DNA of 45,495 bases from Octopus bimaculoides (GCF_001194135.2 NC_068988.1:10485113-10530607); one strand, 5' to 3'. Positions 24,646 through 37,001 are shown, counted from the first letter of the stretch. Translations and numbers: made by a program. The notes: generated from the sequence alone by a model not told the origin.

Positions 24646-25999
24646 CTGTTATTATTACCTCTACCTTAGCGAAGGCGGAGGTATTGTTTGCAGACTTATT
24701 TCTTCGTTTGTTAGCCCCTGGAAAAGTTATCAAGATAGCTCAAGAACCGCTGGATGGATTCGGATGAAACTTTCAGGGATGTTTGATCATGTAATCGGCA
24801 CAAATTGATTCGATTTTGGGATCGATTCGGTATTGGATAAGGATTCTGGATTGCTTAATTTTCCTTTTTTTTTGCACTTAATTGTTGAGTGCGGTCGGGT
24901 TAATTTTTAGTATTCTCGTTTATGAGAGTAGTCAAGTTTATTTCAGATATGACTATTCTAAAAATTGTTGATAGGATTTTGGTGTTGCCTTGAAGAGGTT
25001 TTCGCTCTGTGAGTGCGCTTGTTAATAATAAGACTCCACTGGCAACAAAGGCCGTAAAATCTTATAGGAAAATACAAATACAATGCGATGTGGTGACTTC
25101 CATAACCTGGTGTAGAAATTATAATGGATAACAATTAAAAGGGAAATGTGCTACTTGGAGAGAGCACTTCCCAGGGTTAGCTAAGGAATACCAAGATCCT
25201 AGAACACCTCGGCATAAAAAAGTACCACCTGGAGGTGCCTTTAGCATATAGGCCTTTTGTATCCTAGAGGTGAGTGTTGAATGTAAGCCTACTCGGTTCA
25301 TTCTTGTCTCCTTCAAGCAGTCTACCATCAGCGGTAGTTGCACTAGCACCAGAACGTAGAGGAAGGGCGTGAGAGGATAACATATCTCTACCAAATTTAT
25401 GAGAATGAGTGTGGCCAGTAGAAGGCCATTAACTCTGAGCACGACCAAATGTTGCTCTACATTCCAACAATCTGAAGTCGGGAGATGGGAGCGATTCAGC
25501 AGCTATGTGAAAAACTGTTCAATAATAATAGCGAACGCTATCGAAAACATTTATTATAAATATATTAAGCCCCACCCATAACAGTGCCCGCATTTTTTGA
25601 TGATGTATGAGGTAGAGGTTTTTGGGTCAGGTTCATTTTGACATGGTGCATATTACTGCCGCACATACAATAGTATCGTCGACAAGAGCGAACATTTTGG
25701 TTAAATCAACATGTTTTTGTTTAGCAGAGATATTGACCTGACGTTCACAAAATCATATCGCATTGTCTGTTTCCTTTTCCCAGAACAGGACATTACTTCA
25801 ACCAGAAGTATCGGCTTTACGTTGAACTCAGTATCTTTATCCAAGAATCGCAGGACTTCATTGACCTAGAAAGTAAAGTCCAGCCCCACCAACGAACCAC
25901 TAATTGCTTCAATTATGTGAGGTAAATGCGGCTAAAATTTCGCACATATATCAATTGGCATGCAAACGTCTTCCATATATGAACGACTAAACCTTGGCT

Positions 26000-27170
26000 T
26001 TGAAATTAAGTTGCGCTTTTGATTTCTCTATCTCCATCTTGCCTAGAATTCATTAACCCTGTTTTCTGACTAATCCGAGAATCCTCCAGATATCTTAAGT
26101 GCAGTTGTCCTGCTCCTATCGATATATAATCAGCTGAAAGCTGCCTCTCTTGCATCAGTTTACGACCAACTCTATAATCTTACGATCAACGTCAAGGGAA
26201 ATTGATTATTTCCAAAGTTCTACGTCTTTCCAAAAGAAAGCTACAGATCCCCTACCTATTAGAGTGTAGCTGAGAAATGCCTAAATCACAAAGCTATAAA
26301 CTATTGGTACCACAACCCGTCAACTGATAGTTTTTCTCGGACTTTAATAAGAAAGGGGTATTTGGTGTTGTCACATTGTTCTCTCTATATACAATAGTGT
26401 GTGATTCCGGCTCAACACTAGCTTTGGGTGAATCTCTACTATTGTTACCAACAAAGAATATACTGTGGAGAGTGACTGTTGTTCTTCTACACATGTCTAA
26501 GTCACAAACAATACTTCAATTCACCAAACTGATTTATCTAACACACATGTTAGTTATCCTGTTAGGTAGCACGAAGAAACTTTTTTCTCAGTCCGCGTCT
26601 GTCTCCATACGTACTGATGTCAAACTCGCGCAGCGATGACGGGAAGTCTTTCTAAGTGTTGCAGTTATAGCTTCATGAGGAGGCACCAGCATTTCCATTT
26701 TCCATTCGATTTTTCGAAATCAAGTAGCGTCTTCTGTATTTACTGTCTTATCTTCTAGAAGGAGACTACATAATTTCCTGATTTAGACAACACCGTAAAG
26801 GAAACCATTCTGATATTGCTGCCGTTGATGTCGTGACAGGTATGTGTACCGTCGGTGGTTTTATTTCATTGGAGTTATATTTTGTCTCCTTTTGTGCCGT
26901 AAGTACTTCTGTTGTTATGGCCTCAACTGGTAGAGCTGTTTCTAACGATATTTTTGATGTCATTGACACTGAATCTACTGCTTCAGAAGGTGGTAGCATT
27001 CATACGTTTGACACAACTATATTTGATGCTCATACAGTGGTGCAATTATGTGAAATTTGAAAATTTGACGATAAAGACTCCTGTTTACTTTCTTTGAGTA
27101 GAATGGTGTCTTTCCTACTGCTGTTGTTTTGATTGACATTGCGCATAATCTCCAACAAAGATGTGTGTGA
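26000..27170 (-). pseudogene. Decayed Ser/Thr/Pro-rich stalk + transmembrane + cytoplasmic tail of a type I membrane protein
   Basis: MLPPSEAVDSVSMTSKISLETALPVEAITTEVLTAQKETK...PPTVHIPVTTSTAA (26999-26815), VEPESHT...NNVTTPNTP, AFLSYTLIGRGSVAFFW (26280-26230), shift, RRRTLE, QLSADYISIG; multiple stops. Confidence 0.55.
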
Positions 27171-27229
27171 ATATCGAACAATGTGTAAATTAATTGAATT
27201 CCCAAGCTTAAATGAAAACAGTAATCTAC

Positions 27230-27960
27230 AATGAGGAAAGCAATAATTGTAGCTCTATAATTAACATGCTGATAAGCAAATTCAAAAAGTTGATGTTCTA
27301 CTCAAAAAGGCTAATATGTTCAAATCCTTAAAACTTGTACCCTGTTCTTGATTGCAAATACTATGTGAGATGACGTGCAATAGTTAACAGTGAGTAATCG
27401 ACTAACTGTATGTAATACATCACAGATCTGAAAAAAAGGGAATACATATATCAACACGTTGTTTGCTAAAGGATTTGTAGTGAAAACATACGTATGAAAT
27501 TACATTAGATCGAAATGCCAGGTAAGCTGTTTAAAACGGTCTTTAATGCTATATTCATTGCTGATTGCCTTTTGAGATGTATTATATAAAATGTCAACAA
27601 TTTTCATCGTACATTACGCAGTTACCATTTCGTAGATCTATTTCATCTCCTTTATCACCTGCTTAAGGATTACAAGGGAGGAAATTGACTCTTTAGAGAA
27701 TGGAGTGATCTCCGGTTTTCAATATCTATATGTTGGTTACAATATTGACAGCGCATAATGCCGTTATTAAGGGTGCCTTTCACAATTTCTGGTAAAATTT
27801 CTGTTAGAAAGGTGATATTTCGGTTGTCTACATAAACATATTAACGTTGAGCTATTAAGCTCACAGTACAGTAAGACTTATTCGTTTCTCAATGAATTTA
27901 TAAGTGCTAACGGGAATAATATCTGTTCTGAAAACACAAAAGCTCTGCTATGTAAAAACA
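27230..27960 (+). pseudogene. LRR relic, possibly N-terminal part of a gene
   Basis: LRITREEIDSLENGVISGFQYL (27663-27728), frameshift, TILTAHNAVIKGAFHNF (27739-27789). Confidence 0.6.
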
Positions 27961-29049
27961 TTTTATAACAATTCTATATTCAAAAGACAAATTAAGAATA
28001 CAAGAAAGAAAGTCATACAAAATCTATATGGTATAAGGTTCTCTAACAAATTTGTAGTTATATAAATTTATGTGTTCACGACTGAACAATGAAAATAATG
28101 TTTTTCAGATTCTTTTTGGGGTATTTTATAGAGAAAGTTGTCTCTGAAGCACATTAACAGTCCACATCGATCGAGATGTTAAGCTTGTTTATAACATATT
28201 CATTTGCGGTAATTTCCAAGATGTTTTGAATAGAAACTAATACTTCACTAGATATTCACTTATTCTCATTTACCATATTAATGTGTGTTTTGTCCTAGGT
28301 TTGGGGAGTATTTATCATTTATACTAGTATTGTTGCCTCTGGATAAAGAAAAGTATAAAATATAAAATATTCGGGAGATTCTTTTACGACAGACGACCAA
28401 AGTATTAAATCTACTCTATCTCATAAGTCTTATATTTGGCTGTTCTCCAGAATATATTTTGAAAATATTATTATACCACATTGCTCATATTAGTGAGGTC
28501 TGATATCTATTGATGGCTGTATGTGTATTCATTTTCTTTTAATGAACGAGGCGATGCCATCAAGGTTGTACCACTGGGGTATAAATATACGACGCCCATC
28601 AAGACTACATATTTGATAAAGGTACACATGGCACATGCATAACAACCAAACGTGCGCAAAATGGTCACTTTATATGTAGGTAAGCAGCCTTGCAGATGGG
28701 GCCCAGTTAGAATTTTTCTCAGGTCAAGTATCCCATCGCATTCAAACGGTCGCTGACGTTTCATCAAGAATGATGAACGAAAGTCCTATATTTCCAGAGG
28801 TAAATTATTCTAACCCCACAAAATTCCTCTAAACACATGGCTATGATGCTCCCTTACTTCTTCTACTCGTGAGCAGGGAAGTACATATTGTCAGCAACCA
28901 AGGGACATGCTCAACCGGTTATGGTCAAGCAACTTACAAGCACATCTGGTGTCGATCAGAATCCATCTTTTATATAAAGAAAAATTATGTACTCGATAAG
29001 ACTTCCAATCAGTGATTATCGGAAACCATAAGAGCTAGTTATCATTGTT

Positions 29050-29190
29050 GCGTTCAGAGTTCAAATTCCTTTGGGGTCTACGTTATCTTCCACTCTTTTG
29101 GAACCAATAAAATAAATACCAGTGGCGTACTGTGGTCGATGTAATCGACTAGACCCCCACCCCCCAAATTTCAGGCTTTCAATAGAAAGG
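29050..29190 (+). mobile_element. SINE family A, 5'-truncated, with (ATT)n tail
   Basis: gttcagagttcaaattcc...aaataaataccagt...gtcgatgtaatcgact. Confidence 0.8.
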
Positions 29191-29284
29191 ATTATTATTA
29201 TTATTATTACTATTATTATTATTATTATCATCATCATTATCATCATCATCATCATCATCATCATCATTATCATCATCATTATCA
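29191..29284. repeat. (ATT)n/(ATC)n microsatellite, SINE tail
   Basis: Read directly, immediately 3' of a family-A SINE. Confidence 0.93.
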
Positions 29285-29720
29285 ATGAGAAGGGATGTCG
29301 CTAAAGAGTGCAAGATGAGAAGTAGGAAGGCGCCCGAAACAAGAATAATTACAGGGAATATATTTAAAGCCAGAAATGCTTGGGCGGGCTATGCCTGAAT
29401 TTCGATACTCTGTTCCCTTTCCGTATTGTGAGCTACAAGACGTGGATAGAAAAACTAGAAAGTCGCTTACAATGCAACTAAAACCAATACCGACTGACAC
29501 TACCCACTAAGAAAAGAATGGAACAGAAGACAACTAAATGAATGAAGACACTCGTAATACTGTGATACTGGGTCTCACAACTTATTTTATGTATATGCAA
29601 CAAAGCATAGTATCGACATTCAGAGATACTCTAGATGTCTTGCAAACAACTCGCACATGCAAGTGCTACCAGTCGAGAACTCCGCATACCGGATGCCAGC
29701 AAGTGTATGGGGTCATCAGG
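29285..29720 (+). mobile_element. R4/Dong-like non-LTR retrotransposon fragment (region after the RT domain), decayed
   Basis: Translation GNIFKARNAWA, frameshift, MPEFRYS...ELQDVDRKTRKSLTM (29354-29474) resembles the R4-clade motif GNKIKAINTWAVPVLRYS...ELDRKTRKLLTM as I recall it. Confidence 0.7.
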
Positions 29721-30844
29721 AGAGAATGCGCGCTGTTTCGGGGCCTCCCTCTCGACGGCATCAATGCGCCCCCCCCCACTGATATGAGGCCCCGCTTGCT
29801 AGATCAACTGGTTAATAAAAAACAAAGCTCAATATTTATCTAGCCATCGGTAGGAGAGTTCATAGAGAAATGATAGAACAAGATGGCTAACAAATAGAAA
29901 GAAATGCAAGTGCATGACCAATTTTTGCAACAAACTAAAAATGTTGGACGTAAAAATGACTGGCTCTAGTTGTATACTTAAGTACACAATATATACTTAA
30001 TTGTTTTTTGCTATTTATTTATTTTATCGTTTCATTGTGTGTATCACCCCCCCCCCATACACATACACTTTGTGCTTGATTTAGTATTGTCCCCTGAACC
30101 CGCGTTCTGGTGGCAAATAAATGAAATTGTTATTATTATTGTTGTTGTTGCTTTTGTTGATGTCGCTGTTTTTTTTTTCTTGTAGATGAATATGATTTCG
30201 ATAATGGTATTTGTTTACCCTTATTTGAGAAAATGATATTGGTTTTGTGTAATGATTGATACGAACAAATCCTTGCTTATGTTTTTTTTTGTTTTTTTAC
30301 ATATATTTAATTCTTTCATTTGACCACTGTTGTGAATTTCGAAATAGCAATCATTAGTACGGCTTCTGTTTGTTCCGTTAATAATCATAGCATAATTGAA
30401 TTTGTGTAGTTCAGTGATTGATATATTTTATATTTGGAGCATCGACTGTATCAGGACACAACGCAATATATTCATATATATATATTCAATTAACGTGTAA
30501 ATTATGTGTAATTTTTGCCTGATTTCATCCTCTTCTCAGTTTCTTCCCTACACATTTTTATATCATCTCCTACAGGAATTGTAAATTTTACTTCTAATGC
30601 ATGGCTAAATCTGATGCACCAGTGCCAAATAAAATGTATCATCATCCTTTTTATTAACATTTTTATTGTTATTGTTGTTGTTATCCTTGTTGTTGTTCCG
30701 GCAGTGATGTAGCAGAATCGTTTGCACGCAAAATAAAACGCTTAGCATCATTTCGTTCGTCTTCCCATTCTCAATTAAGATTCCTCTAAAGTTGACTCTG
30801 TTTTTTATCTGTTGGGCTCGAAATAATACGTGCTTCTTAAGCAC

Positions 30845-31120
30845 AGGAATTGGTTGCCCACTGCCTAAAATATCAGGACTTGTGCCTATAATAGACTTGT
30901 GTCTAATGCTGTTGTAGTTTTTTGTTGTTAGGGCGGTGAGGTGGCTGAATCCTTTGCAGGCCGGACAAAATGCTTAGCGTTATTTCGTGTCTTCGCGTTC
31001 TGAGTTCAAATTCTGCTGAGGTTGACTTTGCCTTTCATCCTTCCTTGGTCAATAAAATACGTACCAGTTGAGAACTAGGGTCAATATAATCGGCTTAGAA
31101 CTTACTCTAAATTGCAAACC
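30845..31120 (+). mobile_element. SINE family A near full length (30930-31120), preceded by a tail fragment of another copy
   Basis: agggcggtgaggtggctgaatc...gttctgagttcaaattc...gcctttcatcctt...aaaatacgtaccagttgag. Confidence 0.85.
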
Positions 31121-31250
31121 AATATTATTACTATTACTATTATTATTATTATTAGTATTATTATTGTTGTTGTTGTTGTTGTTGTTGTTATTGTTGTTGT
31201 TGTTGGTGTTGTTGTTGTTGTTGTTGTTGTTGTTTTTGCTGTTGTTGTTA
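31121..31250. repeat. (ATT)n/(GTT)n microsatellite, SINE tail
   Basis: Read directly. Confidence 0.93.
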
Positions 31251-32999
31251 TAAATATACTTATTATTAAGATATTCTTTTTCTATTTTCTGATAAGTAGG
31301 CCACGTTTCTGTGCAACATAACATATTTGTATATGTTTGGGGGCGTGTAATCTAAATGCACTAATTATTTGCTTAGTTTTAGTAATTAAGCTTCAAATAA
31401 AGATAATTTTGTCTATAATTAATTAGTGAGCTAATTCGTGTATTGATAACATTGATTTATTTTTCGTGATTAGCTCATTTTAAGTATTAGCAATATGAGC
31501 CCCCAATATGTATATTTTTATTTGTTTCTTTCAAGTGTTAGACTGCTTACTTCATTAATGTTTAAGCATTGGCAAAACTGTACTTCGTAAAACCCAGTTT
31601 GTCTCGCATGCATGATCTTAATATTTCTTACATCATTCTTGATGAATACTATGATATTTATATATATATATATATATACCGTTTTCATCAATACTTTATT
31701 TAATTTTTAATGCCAAAATTTATACCACTTCCCTTTACATACGTATATACATGCATATATATATATGTGTGTGTGCGTTTATGATTGTGTGTGTGCGTTT
31801 ATGATTGTGTTTGTGTGAGTGTATGACTGTAGGATGTGGTGCTTAAGAACGAAATGACTATAAATATGTCTTTTCAATTTTGGCACAAAGACAGAACAGA
31901 TGATATATCTTAGATATCAAAATGTGACGCCGTAATAATGTACTACATTGTACGTATCAAATGAGATATTATGGATGCCACTGCATATATCGTGTATGCG
32001 TCGAACGAGACAGGCTTGCAGCATGTCTTATATATATACATAGTCAGTTGAAGTGTGTTTTGTTAAGAACGTTAAAATACAAATAGAGCTCGTTCACATT
32101 TAGAATTCCCAAATAGCCGGTCGTATTATTATAGCATGCTACCAATTCTAGTCTTAGGTATCGCTCGTGTATGAAAAAGAAAAAGATTAAAAAGCAAAAA
32201 GTAACAGAGTCAAAAAGAAGAGTAAGTATGGTTAGACAGCTTTGTAATAATGGCTACAAATGTTTCGATACATACAGGTCCACCTATATACAGGATTTTA
32301 ATTTAAATTTATATTCATTTATGTAATGATTTACCTGTATAATTATTATTTTACTTTATATATATAGGGAGGTGGAGAAAAAAGTCAAGACTCATGCATA
32401 TAGGGAGAGAGAAAGGAAAGGAAACACACAAATACACACATGCACATACCTATACGTATACATATATGTATATGTACATTATTTTATTGTATATGCACCT
32501 TACTTTATTGTTCCGTCATATATCCTTTTCACTTTTCGCTAACTCGTGTCATCTATTTTCGTCAACACGGTGTTGTTTTTCTTTTCATTCTTGTCTTATA
32601 TTCAAATTATTATATACGCGATATTGAGGATTTACATTCTTTTATTTGTGAAATTGGCGTCTTCATATCATAATTATTCATATTCGTCTACACATCTTAA
32701 ATTTTTTTTTATCTATACACAATTATATTCGATATCATCTTCGTTAATTGCAAACATCATGTTTTGTATAATTCTTGAATATTTTCTGTCTTACCTTCTC
32801 ATTTTAGTAGCACTGTAAGTACTTTAATAAGCTAAAGTTATGCTCATATGTATTAGTCAGATTGCTTTTAGAAACAGAAATATCATTTAGCATGCTAGTG
32901 TAAAAAGTTGTCCTCTATTGCATGCTTATCTTCTTTCGGTTATTCTTATCTTCCAAATAATCTCCTTTAATTCCGTGTTTAGAGACCAATATTATATGC

Positions 33000-33560
33000 A
33001 GTGATGATTTTGGAAAAAAAGTCATTATGCCTTATTATGTAAGTTAGTACCATATCTAATCTGAAAGTCTATAATTTCTAGATCTGCCGAACTATCCTAC
33101 AGATCCAGTATTTCTACAAAACTGTCGCTGTGTTTCGAAATTATCACCATTACTTACATTCGTAGGTAATGTCCAAGTGAATCTCTAATTTTCTTATTTT
33201 TATTCCATCATACGCATTAAATTGGCTAAAATGTGATATCTAAATATTAAGCGCTTTCAAATACGATTTACCCGGTTGTGTTCCATTCACAGATACGTAT
33301 TTCTGATGATACCTTTATCATTGCTTATAATTTGCTAAATATTGCCAGAGTTACCTTTCTTAACTAAATTTATTGGCGTGTTTACGAAAATATGCGTATT
33401 ATGTACATATTACTCTGATGATTGCTATTTTCTAGAAATAGCTGCTTTTTCCTATCCACATACAAAATACAATTATGCCTTTTCAAAAGTGACTCTTTAT
33501 CACATAACTTGTACCAATAGCGGATGGTATTAGCGATAACTGCTATAATGTGTTAAGTTA
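33000..33560 (-). pseudogene. LRR relic, minus strand
   Basis: KQLFLENSN, YLKALNI*, NAYDGIKIRKLEI (33218-33180), VEILDL*DS, DLEIIDF. Confidence 0.5.
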
Positions 33561-33792
33561 CTAGACAGAGATGGCGTAAATGTTTATACTTTCAGCTCTT
33601 TCCTGCATCAACACAATAGTAATTGGCTATTGATATACCGATAATTATAACTCTATTGTCAATTGTGTTACAGAAAAATATTGTCATGTTTAATATCTTG
33701 AGCAAAACTGAGCTCTCTCTATATTAATGTTCCATGTAATTTTCACATTGTCATTTTCTGAAACCTGTATGTTGTAACAGTTCGTAGTCGCA

Positions 33793-33834
33793 GTTGTATT
33801 GTCTTCGTTGTATTGTCTTCGTTGTATTGTCTTC
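33793..33834. repeat. Perfect 14-bp unit x3 (gttgtattgtcttc)
   Basis: Read directly. Confidence 0.97.
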
Positions 33835-35049
33835 ATGAAAATTTGGTCTTTTACCGATATACTCATATAATCGGGTGTATTTTACGAGAAAATAAAAACG
33901 AAATAAACATGACTATTTGTATCATTATTATAAGAATTAAGGATATGTATTCCAATATATATATATGGCGCCGTTCTCCACCTCTGCTTGGTAAATTTTG
34001 TTCTATATGTTGATCTATTTAATCTATATTATTCAGACCAGGTGTGTTCATCGAGGAAAAGTGTATTTATTTATTTTATTGTGTACTTGGTGTTCTTTAC
34101 AAAGCTTTCTAGTATTATCCTCTATGAAATCTAGTTACATTAGAATCGAATAATATTAAGCCAATGTATATCATTTGCACTACACGTCTTTCATTAACAC
34201 CTTCTGCTATTGAGTTAGTAACCCTTAATATTAATTAGATTCTGTTGAAATATATATTCTCATTATCACTCGCACAGCTTTGATATTAATAGAGCTGAAA
34301 TTAAAGATTATTTGCCAATATATGGCATCACCGATTGGAATGAATGTTACAGTTGTTTAGCCCCAGGAAACACGGTCTCCATTTGGCTATACGACACACT
34401 ATCTAGGTCCTTATATTTGCCACTAGTGAAACTGTATCCCTGTCACAGCTAGTTTAGTACTGAGGAGGATATGGAGAGCATAGAGGCAAAAATATACAAT
34501 TTTCCAAAAGAATCTCATGTTTAACTATACATAGAATCTCCGAAAATAATGGTGAATGCGACTCATTGTCATCCCAAGACCCTATAAGCAGGATGTTTTC
34601 TGTATTTTAACCAGCAGTAGCAGATTTTCGTATTTTGGTGAAAGTAGAATAGAAACTATCAGACATGACGCGAAACCTGCTGATAAAAAACGGAAAAACT
34701 ATTCGGGGAAAGTCAGTTGAATCCAACTGAGAGTAGACAATTGACGAAGGCTTGACGAATGGTATGCCTTTCATAATCATCCGAAAAACGAATGATTGTT
34801 TCGTAAGAATGTTTTCTTATTTGTTTTGGACTACTAGTATAGAATACATGTATATACATGATATCACTTAAAAATATATTTTCCTGTAATTATGTCCATT
34901 ATGATTTTCGCTGCATTATATTCTCATACTTTTTTGTCACTTGATTTTAATTTGAATTTAGTCTATGTGTCAGGACTTATTTAAGGACCGTTTTGTTTCT
35001 ACATTTCATTTGCTTTGTATAATTTTGCTTTCATGGTTTTACGATTTTA

Positions 35050-35511
35050 TTCTCTGCCAACCTCTCCTAATAATAGGTCAAGTAATTTCATCTTTATCGA
35101 AGAGACCGATTGTTTGTTTTTACCCGAACCTCTATATCCCAAGATAATTTAGATTTCACCTGTTTACTTCATATTCATTACTATTCGTAACTAATTTTAT
35201 GCGTACATTTCATATTTACTTTCAGCTGTGCAAACCAATGAATTAATTTAATGCTGTATACCGTATTTGTCCTGAATTTACTTTCTAATTCATCATACAC
35301 TGTTTGTTTGTGTAATTCTCTTACGTCTCTCAGGATATATTTGTACGGTAGTCACCCCGTATTTACATCGTCACCAATCTGTGCAAGAATTATGATTTCA
35401 CGCATTTATTTATTCTGGTCTGTCGTATTTTCTAATTCATTGCGTTTATTAATTTTTATGTCAGCGTTAACGTCTATTTATTATAATGCTAGTTTTCAAT
35501 GCTCTCATTAG
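35050..35511 (+). pseudogene. LRR relic
   Basis: NSLTSLRIYL (35314-35343), VFSNSLRLLIF and YNASFQCSH in an 86-aa open frame. Confidence 0.4.
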
Positions 35512-35801
35512 AGATAGCTGCTTCTTGATTACTGTTTATTCAACATTGATATAGAGAGGAGAGTGTTCTACGGGCTGAAGAATATTTCGTAGCCACTATT
35601 ATACTTTGGTATTAGTAAGCGTACGTTTCGTTGCCTTACTTTCTGTTAGTTTTCTGTGTTTTCCATATCATTTTTCATTTTCAGCCATTTTGTTTCGTTG
35701 TGTCGGTAAACTGTGGCAGCGCTCACTATACAACATATTCTTATGTATTACCGCAATAAAATAACTTGTTGTTCTTATTATGTCTGTATTTCGTCGTCGT
35801 T

Positions 35802-35893
35802 GTCTTCTTCTTCTTCTTCTTCTTCTTCTTCTTCTTCTTCTTCTTCTTCTTCTTCTTCTTCTTCTTCTTCTTCTTCTTCTTCTTCTTCTTCTT
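35802..35893. repeat. (CTT)n microsatellite
   Basis: Read directly. Confidence 0.97.
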
Positions 35894-36299
35894 CCGTCTC
35901 CTCGCTTTCAGTGTATGTTTTTTCGTATTTAATTTTAGAAAACTCTTGTGGAGTCATTTGGAGCGTACGCAGGGAGCAGTGATTTGTTTTGTAATCGATT
36001 TAATGACATATCTGCATGCCATTGTTTGTGACATGCTCTGTGGCATGGGTGATGTGTAGCTCTGGAATCTATGCATACACATAAAGTCGATATGTCCGCA
36101 GAATATTTTCATGGATCCTCAGAACCTTTGAGTCTAGAGATCATGAAACCTTTACTCTTCTCTTCCCCGCGTTTCCTCGGTTCCACCTTGAATACTGCTG
36201 CCTATTGTTCCCCTGCCCAAGCAACATAAGATATATTAAGGATTCACAGAGATAAGCCACAAAAAAAGTAAATAAATGAATATAGAACTTGAGAGGACT

Positions 36300-36695
36300 T
36301 GATTACTGGATGCCTCTCATAGAGCCGCAACTCTATCCTCTATGACGAGTCATCTAACTGTAGTCACCAGTGGCATCCGTCATCTACAAAGTCAGGTCAT
36401 AGGACATAGGAACATTGTGGGACAAATGTTGTGTTTTACTTCCATTGGACCAGCTATATTGAACATTATCCCAAAAGATATGGAAGAGAAAAAAAGGCAA
36501 ATTTCAAAAGGTACTGAACAAATTTTTTCCAAGTAACAGATAAACGATGAAAAGCTCAATATGCATCAGCCAAGACCAACACTTTACTCAAATTGTGTAT
36601 TAAATCCCGACAGGTATCTTGAATAAGTATCCAAAACTTCAAAGAAACCTCCTTCGCCCTTGGCTTGGGCCGCAATTGGTCGAAGCCAACCTAAA
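36300..36695 (+). mobile_element. CR1/L2-group LINE 3' end fragment
   Basis: Translation GTLWDKC / FTSIGPAILNIIPKD resembles the CR1-group ORF2 C-terminal tail (GP-x-LFN-x-LP-x-x-I); followed by a GC-richer 3' UTR-like segment. Confidence 0.65.
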
Positions 36696-36894
36696 GCATC
36701 TGAGTCATCTAAAAACGCAGCATCCTAAAAAACGATTATGCTGATACAGTGTACGTTCTTTATATATTCAGTATCTTTCTTGATGGAAACCAAGATTTTG
36801 TAATTTGTGTTCTGAATATTCAAAGAGAACCACCTTAGTATTACCGCAATAAAATAACTTGTTGTTCTTATTATGTCTGTATTTCGTCGTCGTT

Positions 36895-37001
36895 GTCTTC
36901 TTCTTCTTCTTCTTCTTCTTCTTCTTCTTCTTCTTCTTCTTCTTCTTCTTCTTCTTCTTCTTCTTCTTCTTCTTCTTCTTCTTCTTCTTCTTCTTCTTCT
37001 T
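36895..37001. repeat. (CTT)n microsatellite running into a gap
   Basis: Read directly. Confidence 0.97.

Larger units (their letters stand above)
35745..37001. repeat. Direct duplication of about 57 bp plus (CTT)n (copies start at 35745 and 36838)
   Basis: gtattaccgcaataaaataacttgttgttcttattatgtctgtatttcgtcgtcgttgtcttc is identical at both sites. Confidence 0.93.

Noticed and set aside
26000-27170. Idea that in-frame TGA/TAG stops in the relics are rescued by cephalopod A-to-I editing or readthrough
   Set aside because: Editing could turn UAG/UGA into Trp, but it cannot repair the many frameshifts; ordinary decay is simpler.
28507-28790. 86-aa minus ORF in a GC-elevated block with a plus-strand GTAAG donor-like site
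   Set aside because: No recognisable domain and no matching open acceptor frame; probably a repeat fragment.
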